This document shows positions 9,768-19,126 of a DNA stretch of 40,334 nt, in pieces. The stretch is from Candidatus Nomurabacteria bacterium (GTDB taxonomy: Bacteria > Patescibacteriota > Minisyncoccia > Phycocordibacterales > UBA9973). A program made the translations under genes and the position numbers. Positions within the stretch are counted from its first letter, which is position 1. Every line of letters begins with the position of its first letter. Location: positions 1-40,334 of the forward strand of contig CAIOXK010000026.1 in the NCBI GenBank assembly GCA_903862255.1. The letters are read 5' to 3'. The notes under the pieces are model-generated. The model was not told where the DNA came from and did no database searches. It saw nothing but the letters and a program-made list of their open reading frames with translations.

Positions 9768-10676
9768 ATGCCTCCTGTAACTACATCATCTGGCCCAAGT
9801 AAACAATTTATAATTCGAGGAGTAATTGCTATTACCCTGATTGCAGTTATTCTTGTAGTGCAAACTACATGGTTCTATAACATTTTTCATAAGACAAAAA
9901 AAGTTGCCAAGACAGATATCGGCAATCTGACCATAAACGATGTTACTTCAAAAGACTCGAATGGTAATGGTATTCCTGACTGGGAAGAACAACTCTGGGG
10001 ACTTGACCCAACAGTCTTATATACAGAAGGCAAGACAAATGAAGAAATTATTAAAGAAAAAAAACTTACTCTTGGTATTACCGACTCGAATGCCGGGGTA
10101 CCGCAAAATCAAACTGACGCTATAGCACAAAAACTCTTTAGCATTACTACAGCATTGAGCCAAAATGACAATATTGATGATACCGAACTGCAAAATGTTG
10201 CAAACCAACTAGGCTCTTCTGTAAATGTTGACTCTATTAGTAATAAGTATTCATTAAAGAATATTCATACAGTACCGACATCAACAGCCTCACTAACAGC
10301 TTATTACAAAGCTCTGAGTGCAATAACGAACAAATATAATATTAATCAAGGGGATATTACTATTATTGTGCAAGCGGCAGAAACAGGGGATTACAGTCAA
10401 CTAACCCAACTTACACCAATGGGTGTTGCATATACCACTATGGCAAAAGAACTCACAGCAGTTAAAGTACCTGTGGGGGTGGCCCAATACCATCTCGATA
10501 TTATTAATAGCTTTGCTGGTGTAGCAACATCATTTGGATACTTGCAACAAATGGAAGACGACGGTACACAAGCCCTTGTTGGGGTTGCGTTATATAAAGT
10601 ATATTTCACAAGAGGACAAAGTGCTTTGTATGATTTAGATATTTATTTAACAAAATACGGTATACTTAGTTCATAA
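9768..10676 (+). CDS. Membrane-anchored hypothetical protein with TSP3-like Ca-binding loop
   Basis: N-terminal TM helix; DSNGNGIPDWEEQLWGLDP motif. Confidence 0.72.
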   Translation: MPPVTTSSGPSKQFIIRGVIAITLIAVILVVQTTWFYNIFHKTKKVAKTDIGNLTINDVTSKDSNGNGIPDWEEQLWGLDPTVLYTEGKTNEEIIKEKKLTLGITDSNAGVPQNQTDAIAQKLFSITTALSQNDNIDDTELQNVANQLGSSVNVDSISNKYSLKNIHTVPTSTASLTAYYKALSAITNKYNINQGDITIIVQAAETGDYSQLTQLTPMGVAYTTMAKELTAVKVPVGVAQYHLDIINSFAGVATSFGYLQQMEDDGTQALVGVALYKVYFTRGQSALYDLDIYLTKYGILSS

Positions 10677-10680
10677 CATT

Positions 10681-13014
10681 ATGTCATTCTGGAAAAAAAG
10701 TATTATAACCTTCACACTAGTCGGCATTGTTGCTTTTTCACTACCAAAAAATGCAAATGCTTTGGATTGTGCCCCTGGTCAACAGCCAGATATAACAGGT
10801 AATACTTGTGTTGCTGTACCTGTTAAAAGCTATACTATCCCACTTCCACAGGCCACTACCGTTAATTGTAACTATCTCACCGGTGCAGACAAAAGCAAAT
10901 GCTTAAATGATGCCGCTTCACCAACAGTACAGAAATTTAACCCTAATGTAAAAATCAACTCAGGTAACTCTTACCAAGGTATTTCTATTAGTGGGGTAGG
11001 TGGCGCTATTGCTAGTTGTACAAATGTAGGTGGGTTTTTAATAAATACAGCAAGTAAATTTCTTGAAAAAACTACGTTTGTAAAAAGTATTAAATCTGCC
11101 TTTGGTTTCGGGGGAGACGATGACAAAGTAAGTACTACTGATACCACAACCCAAGACAAAATTGACGCCACAAACAAAACAACTAACTGTTTGAACGGTA
11201 TTGCATATGCTGTTGCAAAAAACACATTGGCACAGGTTACCAACAAGACACTAAACTGGGTAAATACTGGACTAAACGGTAATCCACTATATGTGCAAAA
11301 CAAAGGGTCGTTTTTGACTACTATTGCAAATAAACAGGTTAAATCATATCTTGCAGCACTGCCACAGACTGATTCAATCTTTGGTAATGCCCTTGAGTCA
11401 GGTATTAGACAAGGAATTACCGGCCGTTCAGATGGCATGCTTAATGTATATCCAAATACCCCACAAGCACAATCATACAAATCTTTTCTTACCGACTTCA
11501 CTTCTGGTGGATGGGACTCATTTCTCAACCCTTCATATAATGCTATCGGGGCACTATTTACAGCTACTGATACCTTAGATAAGAGTATTGCTTCTCAAAA
11601 ACAAGATGCTTCTGATGAGATTCAACGCAATAACGGCTTTCTTGATATGAAACACTGCGTGAAATATGCTGACAGCAATTTTACTCAGACAAGTACAGCA
11701 ATATCAGGAGGGCTTTCAAGTAATCCTACTTGCGTACAATGGCAAACCGATACTCCTGGCTCTGTAATTGCAGCTCAAGTACAAACAATAACAACTTCAC
11801 CTGTCAGACAACTAGAGTATGCTGACAAGATCAATGAAGTACTTGGTGGATTTTTTGATAGTTTTGTAAACAGTTTGCTACAAAAAGGCTTGCGCGGCAG
11901 CGGTACACAAGGTAGCACTGTTGATTTCGGCTTTAGCTCATCTGGAGATAACGTAGTACTAGACCCAAATGGTAATGCATTAAATACATCGGCAACAGAC
12001 ACTGGGTCATTGGGATACCAATCATCACAAGGAGGCAATGGTATCGATCAAAATTTTGACATATCTCGACCGCAACAATTTCGCCTTATTTTACAAACAC
12101 AATACGACTTCCTCGTCCGTACGAAAGATTCTCAGGCAGCACTAAACAGAATCATGCCTGATCTCGGCGCTCTTGATTATTGTATTCCTGGACCAAACCC
12201 TAACTGGTCAGCTGGCGCGTCCTCAAACCTAGAAGCAATGTTTGGCTCTTTGTCACAAGCTGACCCAACAAAAACAAATACATACCACACAGTGATAGAG
12301 AACATTCCGGTCGTTGGGTCATTCATAGGTACAATACTCGGGATCTTCGACCATGCAGGGCAAGCGCCTCCTATTTGGGAGTCCCCAGGGTATCTTAATG
12401 ATCCTGTAACAGGTACTACAATTCAAGTACCGCGTGTCTTTTTCACCTCTTGGGCACATGCATCTGATAGTCTAAGCGTAGCATCAATCTCATCAGCGTA
12501 TCACCAGGCATTCACATATGTAGCAGATCAATACTCATATTGGAACAATCCTCAGCCATATACAGATGCATTTTCACCAGTCACTTACTCAGCCACACCT
12601 GTCGAGCATGCATTTCTTGCTGCGGCACAAAATGACACCGATAAGAGCTATGTTGAAGGATTTTTGGCAGATACAAAAACAAACCTATATAGTATTTTGA
12701 GCTATAACAAGGCTGCCTCTGCTATTGATACCCAATACGATACAAATATCGGTCAAACAGAAAACAATATTCGTCAAATGTTAGTAATACAGAAACAAAT
12801 TGATGATATTGTTAGTAAAGCAAAAGCAGACTATATCAAAAAACGAGCGGCTGAAGGCAATCCTGTTGATATGCAGTGTATTAATAACGCTTACCAAATT
12901 GACGGTAGCCCAATCGTACCAATTGCACCACAAGAACAAACAGGGGGGCAAGATCCTATCGAGGCACATGCATCTGAATCAAGTAATTTCTTCTATAAGA
13001 ATATCGCTATATAA
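10681..13014 (+). CDS. Large exported Cys-containing hypothetical protein (T4SS-like cluster)
   Basis: 777 aa; signal peptide ending ANA; about 10 Cys; helical segments. Confidence 0.75.
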   Translation: MSFWKKSIITFTLVGIVAFSLPKNANALDCAPGQQPDITGNTCVAVPVKSYTIPLPQATTVNCNYLTGADKSKCLNDAASPTVQKFNPNVKINSGNSYQGISISGVGGAIASCTNVGGFLINTASKFLEKTTFVKSIKSAFGFGGDDDKVSTTDTTTQDKIDATNKTTNCLNGIAYAVAKNTLAQVTNKTLNWVNTGLNGNPLYVQNKGSFLTTIANKQVKSYLAALPQTDSIFGNALESGIRQGITGRSDGMLNVYPNTPQAQSYKSFLTDFTSGGWDSFLNPSYNAIGALFTATDTLDKSIASQKQDASDEIQRNNGFLDMKHCVKYADSNFTQTSTAISGGLSSNPTCVQWQTDTPGSVIAAQVQTITTSPVRQLEYADKINEVLGGFFDSFVNSLLQKGLRGSGTQGSTVDFGFSSSGDNVVLDPNGNALNTSATDTGSLGYQSSQGGNGIDQNFDISRPQQFRLILQTQYDFLVRTKDSQAALNRIMPDLGALDYCIPGPNPNWSAGASSNLEAMFGSLSQADPTKTNTYHTVIENIPVVGSFIGTILGIFDHAGQAPPIWESPGYLNDPVTGTTIQVPRVFFTSWAHASDSLSVASISSAYHQAFTYVADQYSYWNNPQPYTDAFSPVTYSATPVEHAFLAAAQNDTDKSYVEGFLADTKTNLYSILSYNKAASAIDTQYDTNIGQTENNIRQMLVIQKQIDDIVSKAKADYIKKRAAEGNPVDMQCINNAYQIDGSPIVPIAPQEQTGGQDPIEAHASESSNFFYKNIAI

Positions 13015-13026
13015 TACCAACGCCAT

Positions 13027-14136
13027 ATGAAACGAATTTTTAAAATTATCCTCATTCTTATTGCAGTATTCTTCCTTATTTTGGGGATGATGTGGCTTAT
13101 TGGTCGCAACAAAGCAATTAAAAATGGCAAGCAGCCATTGACTTTCCGTCAATTTCTAGGGCTGAGCACAAAACAAAATTCAGCAAAAACAGCTGCCGGC
13201 GAAGGAACTTCACAATTCAATGCTGACGGAACACCTAAGAACACAAGCGGGGGGGACGGCTCAGGAGCAAATGGTCTTGGAGGGAACGGTATAGACACAA
13301 GCGGCTTAGGAGGTATCGGCATTGGCGGAGCTGGAAATGTAAATATTAGTAATTTCACTAATGGTATAAGTAGCCCTGGAGGCAACTTAAACGGAAATAC
13401 TAATCCTATTACTAGCACTAACAATAGCGGCAACAGTACATCTGGTAATGGTACTGGAGCAAATAGCTCATCGGGTGGTGATGCAAACTCACCGGGGAAT
13501 TCTGATTCCGGCAGTAGCGCTGTATGTAGTGATGACGACACAAATATTCCTTTCACCCCAGACCAGTTAGCACAGCTTAACATTCTACAAAGTAGATTTT
13601 ATACACTAGCACAAACTTTACACAACGATACTGATGTTGAAACAGAGCTAGCAAACCACGACGCGTTTAAAAACAAAGCTGACTCTATCCTTGAGCTCTA
13701 TGCGTATTGTGAATCAAAACTACCGACAATTAACAGTGATCCGTCAAATGACAATAAATTGAAGCTTCATATAGCTACACCATTCTGGCGGTCATATTAC
13801 AGTAATTCAGATATTGCTACATATGTTAAACAGCAAACAGGGATTACTATTCCAGCAACAGACCCAGCACAAGACAGTTTGTCATTCCTAACATTTACGG
13901 GGGATACTCTAAATCATGTAACTACTGTTCACGATACTAGTACTGACAATCCTGAATCACCACTTCCTCGAAGTAATATTGACCAGCTTTTACCTGGCGT
14001 AGCACTTATTCGTGGACCATACGGACTTGTAACATTTTCTTCACCTCAATCAGTTCCAAATACAGGATCTTCATTGCATGATTTCGGTATCATGGAACCT
14101 GTTGTAGAAAAGTTTTTGCGCGTGAATTTGTGGTAA
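13027..14136 (+). CDS. Membrane-anchored protein with Gly/Asn/Ser-rich linker
   Basis: N-terminal TM, low-complexity G/N/S stretch, then helical domain. Confidence 0.7.
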   Translation: MKRIFKIILILIAVFFLILGMMWLIGRNKAIKNGKQPLTFRQFLGLSTKQNSAKTAAGEGTSQFNADGTPKNTSGGDGSGANGLGGNGIDTSGLGGIGIGGAGNVNISNFTNGISSPGGNLNGNTNPITSTNNSGNSTSGNGTGANSSSGGDANSPGNSDSGSSAVCSDDDTNIPFTPDQLAQLNILQSRFYTLAQTLHNDTDVETELANHDAFKNKADSILELYAYCESKLPTINSDPSNDNKLKLHIATPFWRSYYSNSDIATYVKQQTGITIPATDPAQDSLSFLTFTGDTLNHVTTVHDTSTDNPESPLPRSNIDQLLPGVALIRGPYGLVTFSSPQSVPNTGSSLHDFGIMEPVVEKFLRVNLW

Positions 14137-14166
14137 AAAATAACGTTGACGTGATACACTATACGA

Positions 14167-17100
14167 GTGTCCGCACGTCTACTTCGTCGCATAAAAACTT
14201 CTTTTTCTCGTTTGAGTAAAACATTCTTTTTCACTATCGCAACATTGCTGCTAGTGATTCTTTTACCGTCAAAAATCCTAGCCGCAGTACCTGATGCAAC
14301 TACGCAAAACAACTATCCGACATACTTAAACCTCTTTGATGCACCAGGAAGCGGACTTGTTATACCTGACGGTGGAGCACTTGTACAAGACGCTACCACA
14401 AAATCTATTACTGGATTAAAGGTAAACATAAATGTTGGTTTTACTTCAGTAGATACCAATCTAGTACAGGCGCGCTGGGATCATATTCAGAATGACACAC
14501 TAACAGGAAACTATTCAACTAATGATAGTTTTATTATTCGTGTCTGTGACACACTTAGCCCAACAAGCTGCTGGCTCAACAACATTCCGTATTACGATAA
14601 ACTCGATGACAGTTCCGGTATTTTAAATGTACTCACATCTGTAAAAGATGGTGCAGTAAAACAAAGCGCCTTACTTAGTAACCTAAGTATTCTTAGCTCT
14701 GATTCTGTCGGTAAAAAATGGAAATACACAAAAGTAGCCGGGAAGAACGAAGGCACTATCAGTGATTTCACCTCATTAGTATTACCAAAAGGCTCAACCG
14801 TTGAGGCGACTATGTGGTATTGTGCTGACAAAGTTGATGGCGGCGAAAAAGATGGCAGTGCTGCATATGCAAACAGTCCAAACAATGACAATATGGCAAC
14901 TTTCGGAACTCTCTGTGGAGGTGATACATATTTCCGTGTTGGCACTCCGTTACAAATATCAATTCCAACCAACGATGCTGCAGTGCAAGCACAGGTAAAT
15001 ACACAACAAGCAACAACTACAGGGTCAGGTATTACTGATAACCTTCCTCGCTGTGGAATACTTTGGGGGCAATCGGGTACTATTAATGGTTGTGCAGCTC
15101 GTATTGCATACGGTATTTATTGGCTGACTGCGACTATAGCCGGACTGCTTGGCAAAATGTTTGACTTCTTCTTAGGGTATTCATTAAGCGATACATCATA
15201 CCGCTTCGCATTTGCTATTACTGGATGGAAACTGGTACGAGATATTGCCAATGTATTTTTCATCATTCTGATGGTTTGGGCAGGGTTCTCAGCTGTGATC
15301 GATACAAATACCGGTGCAATGCGTAAGGTAGTAGTAAACCTTATTGTTAACGCATTACTGATTAACTTCAGTCTTTTTGCTACACACGTCATCATTGACC
15401 TTTCAAATGTGACTGCTCGTATGTTCTACAGTCAGATGATTGTTTGTGATCAAGTAAATATAGTAGCAGGGAAGTGTGATGCGGCGCATGCCAAAACAGG
15501 TACTGGTGGGTATTGGCCATTGTCAGAAAAAATTGTCTCTGCTTTCAACCCGCAACAGCTTTTCCAAGCTTCTATTTTGCAAAGCACTCCTGGGACATCA
15601 AGTTCAAGCAATCAACTCAACGTCAACTCTCAAACCGTCGGTACTGCTAACCCAAACTCTGAAACAGACCAAGCCAATTATTTTGGTATCGTTTGTATTG
15701 TTGCTGCCATTATTATGGTGGGTGTTGCTATCATGTTTTTCAAGGTAACATTTCTTTTTGTTGGAAGAATAGTAGGCCTCTATATATGTATGATCTTTTC
15801 TCCATTCGCGTTTTTGAGTCGAGACATTCCACTACTGGGAGGTATTGCGAAACTACGTTGGGGCGATTGGGTTAAAGAAGTTACATCATACGCACTGATG
15901 GCACCATTGTTTATGTTTTTCCTTTATATTATCTATACATTTCTTTCTAGTGATTTCGCGGCGCAGATCGGATACAAAGACCCTTCTGGAAGTTTCTTTG
16001 CTCTAGCCTTAGGAGTAGCTATCCCGATGATCATTATTTTTCTACTACTTGAACAGGCACAATCTACGGCAGAGAGCTATGCTGGTGATATCGGTAAAAA
16101 AATTCAGGGGTGGGGAAGTGCAGCAACAAGCATGGTTGCAGGTGCCGCATTAGGTGTAGCTACAGGTGGAGCGGCTTTGGCAGGGAGAAACGTTGTAGGC
16201 AGACTTGGTGCTCGACTTGAAAACTCTGAAACACTACAAGGAGCGTCAGCTAAGGGAGGAATATTAGGTTGGGCCGCTGACAAAACTATAAGCAGAGGTA
16301 GTGCGCTTTCAAAAAATACTTTTGATTTAAGAAATACTGAAGCTGGTAAAAATATACAAAAAAGAACAGGTATTAATCTTAATAATAAACTAACAAGCTT
16401 CGTTGGTGCTGGTACAAAAAATACTGACGGTGGCTTCAAAGGAGCTGTTAGTAGGGAAGAGAAAACAATTAATGAGCGTGCCGACCGCTTCCGTTTGAGC
16501 AAGGCTGCAGAAGGTGCTCAAAACGAAAAAAATAAAAACTGGGAAAAAGATTATCAAACTCACCGTGATGCGGCAGAGAGTACTGCAATTAGTAATGATA
16601 CTGTTTTTGACGAACTGCAGACAAGACGTGATTATGAAGAAGCACAAAAAAATGCAAAAAATGCTCGTCCTAAGAGTGCTGCAGAGATTAATCTTGAGCG
16701 TGAAAAACAGTTCAAAGATTCACTGGAAAAGCGAAGTGTACTTTCTAATCCACTTGCTGCAGTTGCGGAAGTTGTTACAAATCGTTTCACTGCTCCGACA
16801 GGCGCAGCTGGTACGGCAAGTGCCGCATATGGCGCTGCAACTGCAGCTACAGGAGCAGTTCTTGGTGGGGTTGGTGCCGTTGCAGCAGCGGCAGTTGTTG
16901 GGCAAGGAGCTATTCAGAGTGCTGCTCTTAAAAACGTAGTTCTCTCCCGAGCTGATAAAAATAAAGATGCACTTAGTTCAACTCAGCGAACAAAGGCTGA
17001 GGCAAAACTTCAAAACAGTCAGGCCGAACTTACAAAACTGGGCGGTAAACTCAAAAAAATTGGTGAAGAACTTGGTGGATTCAGAGGAGGAGCTCAACAC

Positions 17101-17478
17101 AATGTCCCATATAACAAAATTACCAGTGCAGATATTCTGGAATACCAAAATGAAAAGAAGGTGAAAATTGAAAGAATACAGGCTATTACTGTTACTAAAC
17201 AAAACGAAATGGCTCATCTGCAAGAAGGAATTGATGATGATAAAGAATACATTAAAAATAATGCTGGTAATCCTGCAATGGCAGCCCTGGTTGCAGCTGC
17301 TCAAGCCCGTATTGCTACAAAACGCGCAGATCAAAATACCATTCGTACTACTATTGCTGAAAATAAAAATGATGAATCTAAACTTAATAAAGAAATGGCT
17401 GACGCGCGTTCTGCATTAACAGAATACAACCGCACACAAAGCGATATTGCTACCATTCGTGGCGAATTAAAGATATAA
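14167..17478 (+). CDS. Extended VirB6/TrbL-like polytopic membrane protein
   Basis: Multi-TM core (GWKLVRDIANVFF, ALLINFSLF, RIVGLYICMIFSPFAF, ALMAPLFMFFLY); long N-terminal exported domain; C-terminal coiled coil; upstream of prgI-like and virB4. Confidence 0.7.
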   Translation: MSARLLRRIKTSFSRLSKTFFFTIATLLLVILLPSKILAAVPDATTQNNYPTYLNLFDAPGSGLVIPDGGALVQDATTKSITGLKVNINVGFTSVDTNLVQARWDHIQNDTLTGNYSTNDSFIIRVCDTLSPTSCWLNNIPYYDKLDDSSGILNVLTSVKDGAVKQSALLSNLSILSSDSVGKKWKYTKVAGKNEGTISDFTSLVLPKGSTVEATMWYCADKVDGGEKDGSAAYANSPNNDNMATFGTLCGGDTYFRVGTPLQISIPTNDAAVQAQVNTQQATTTGSGITDNLPRCGILWGQSGTINGCAARIAYGIYWLTATIAGLLGKMFDFFLGYSLSDTSYRFAFAITGWKLVRDIANVFFIILMVWAGFSAVIDTNTGAMRKVVVNLIVNALLINFSLFATHVIIDLSNVTARMFYSQMIVCDQVNIVAGKCDAAHAKTGTGGYWPLSEKIVSAFNPQQLFQASILQSTPGTSSSSNQLNVNSQTVGTANPNSETDQANYFGIVCIVAAIIMVGVAIMFFKVTFLFVGRIVGLYICMIFSPFAFLSRDIPLLGGIAKLRWGDWVKEVTSYALMAPLFMFFLYIIYTFLSSDFAAQIGYKDPSGSFFALALGVAIPMIIIFLLLEQAQSTAESYAGDIGKKIQGWGSAATSMVAGAALGVATGGAALAGRNVVGRLGARLENSETLQGASAKGGILGWAADKTISRGSALSKNTFDLRNTEAGKNIQKRTGINLNNKLTSFVGAGTKNTDGGFKGAVSREEKTINERADRFRLSKAAEGAQNEKNKNWEKDYQTHRDAAESTAISNDTVFDELQTRRDYEEAQKNAKNARPKSAAEINLEREKQFKDSLEKRSVLSNPLAAVAEVVTNRFTAPTGAAGTASAAYGAATAATGAVLGGVGAVAAAAVVGQGAIQSAALKNVVLSRADKNKDALSSTQRTKAEAKLQNSQAELTKLGGKLKKIGEELGGFRGGAQHNVPYNKITSADILEYQNEKKVKIERIQAITVTKQNEMAHLQEGIDDDKEYIKNNAGNPAMAALVAAAQARIATKRADQNTIRTTIAENKNDESKLNKEMADARSALTEYNRTQSDIATIRGELKI

Positions 17479-17485
17479 TAACTGA

Positions 17486-18046
17486 ATGGACCCGGTACAA
17501 AACCAAGAAGAAGTTTCTGGCATAGCCGCACTTGCCCAAACACAAGAGGGCATGGCTGCATTGGTTGCATCTAATGCATTTATGGAAGATCTTAATAGTG
17601 ATATTACCCTAACTGATGAGCAATACATTATTATTGATGGCGAGATAACTATGTACTTTTCAGAAAATAAGAGTGCTGAAGATGTTATCAGTACTGTGCG
17701 TGAACATTTATTATTTTCACTTCGTCCAGAAATAGCTGAGAGATTAGTTCATCGTGTCGACTCATTTCTGCAATTACATAAACATGTACTACCAGAAACC
17801 ATAGAAACAAAGAATACTGCTGAACCTGCAATACTGCACCAAGCAGAACCAGCATCAAACCTTTCAAGTATAACTAGCCGCCTACAACAACCATCAGCCA
17901 CAATACCAAGTACTCGCGACTACACACTACAGAAAGGAATAGTGCCAGACAACCTACCAATTACAGAACCAGCAACAGAATCAGCTGACCCTACAATAAA
18001 ACCATTGCTGATTGACCCTTACCATGAATCAATAGACAATATATAA
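17486..18046 (+). CDS. Hypothetical cytoplasmic protein
   Basis: 186 aa acidic ORF tightly packed in the cluster; ends DPYHESI. Confidence 0.65.
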   Translation: MDPVQNQEEVSGIAALAQTQEGMAALVASNAFMEDLNSDITLTDEQYIIIDGEITMYFSENKSAEDVISTVREHLLFSLRPEIAERLVHRVDSFLQLHKHVLPETIETKNTAEPAILHQAEPASNLSSITSRLQQPSATIPSTRDYTLQKGIVPDNLPITEPATESADPTIKPLLIDPYHESIDNI

Positions 18047-18048
18047 GT

Positions 18049-18447
18049 ATGCAATTCAAAGTGCCACAATTCATTGATATCGAAGATAAAGTTTTCGGAC
18101 CATTAACTTTTAAACAGTTCGTTTATATTGCTGGCGGGGCAGGATTAGCATATTTGGCATGGCATTTTTTACCAACAATTATCGCGATTGTAGTTGCTCC
18201 AGCAATTGCAATCTTTGCAGTAGCCCTGGCATTCATGAAATACAACGATAAGCCGTTTATTAATGTAGTTGAGTCGTATATCAATTTCTATAGTCATGCT
18301 CGTCTTTATTTATGGCACAAAGACTCAGACAAAAATGACGCACTCACTCGACCACACACTACACTTTCTGGTGACCGTGCTACAATGAGCGAGAGCAAAC
18401 TCAAGACACTATCTTGGAGTGTCGACGTGATTGATCCTAAAAAATAA
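18049..18447 (+). CDS. PrgI family (VirB3-like) membrane protein
   Basis: MQFKVPQFIDIEDKVFGPLTFKQF followed by two TM helices; upstream of VirB4. Confidence 0.85.
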   Translation: MQFKVPQFIDIEDKVFGPLTFKQFVYIAGGAGLAYLAWHFLPTIIAIVVAPAIAIFAVALAFMKYNDKPFINVVESYINFYSHARLYLWHKDSDKNDALTRPHTTLSGDRATMSESKLKTLSWSVDVIDPKK

Positions 18448-18462
18448 TCACCTTAAAATCTC

Positions 18463-19101
18463 ATGGCTTCAGTATCATCAACTCCTGCACAACAATTTGT
18501 TCCTGTACAAGAAGTACGCGATGGTGTCGTGGTATTAAAAGACGGGTCACTTTGTACTATATTACTGGTTTCATCGATCAACCTCAGTCTTAAATCGTAC
18601 GATGAGCAGCGCGCAACACTAATGCAGTTTCAAAACTTTCTTAATACGCTCGATTTTCCTGTACAAATCGTAGTTCAGTCTCGTCGATATGATGTTCGTC
18701 CTTATATTTTAACATTAGAAAATCGCCTCAAACAACAAGAAGAGCAGTTACTACAAGTCCAAACTCGTGAATATATCCAATTTATTCAGACATTTACGGA
18801 TCAAGTAAATGTAATGCGTAAATCATTTTTTGTTATTGTTCCATATGTTCCTGCTGTATTGAAAACAAATTCAGGTCTTGGTAAGTTTTTTTCATTTCTA
18901 CAAAGCAAATCAAGAACAGAAGGTGGTGCGATCAGTGATTTCGAAGAAGAGCGCACTCAACTAGAACAACGCGTTAGTGTTGTTGACCAAGGGCTTTCAG
19001 GTGTTGGCTTGCGTCTTGTACAACTCGGCACACAAGAGGTGATTGAAGTACTCTACAAAACATTCAACCCAGGTGAGAGCACTTCTCAATCTAACGGATA
19101 G
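18463..19101 (+). CDS. TraC-like / VirB4 N-terminal-like accessory protein
   Basis: VRDGVVVLKDG, SINLSLKS..EQ, FQNFLNTLDFPVQIVVQSR; between PrgI-like and VirB4 genes. Confidence 0.75.
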   Translation: MASVSSTPAQQFVPVQEVRDGVVVLKDGSLCTILLVSSINLSLKSYDEQRATLMQFQNFLNTLDFPVQIVVQSRRYDVRPYILTLENRLKQQEEQLLQVQTREYIQFIQTFTDQVNVMRKSFFVIVPYVPAVLKTNSGLGKFFSFLQSKSRTEGGAISDFEEERTQLEQRVSVVDQGLSGVGLRLVQLGTQEVIEVLYKTFNPGESTSQSNG

Positions 19102-19126
19102 TACCCACTGATGATATACTATAGCC

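Noticed and set aside
13240-13520. Repeat-like Gly/Asn/Ser stretch
   Set aside because: Protein low complexity without exact DNA tandem repeats
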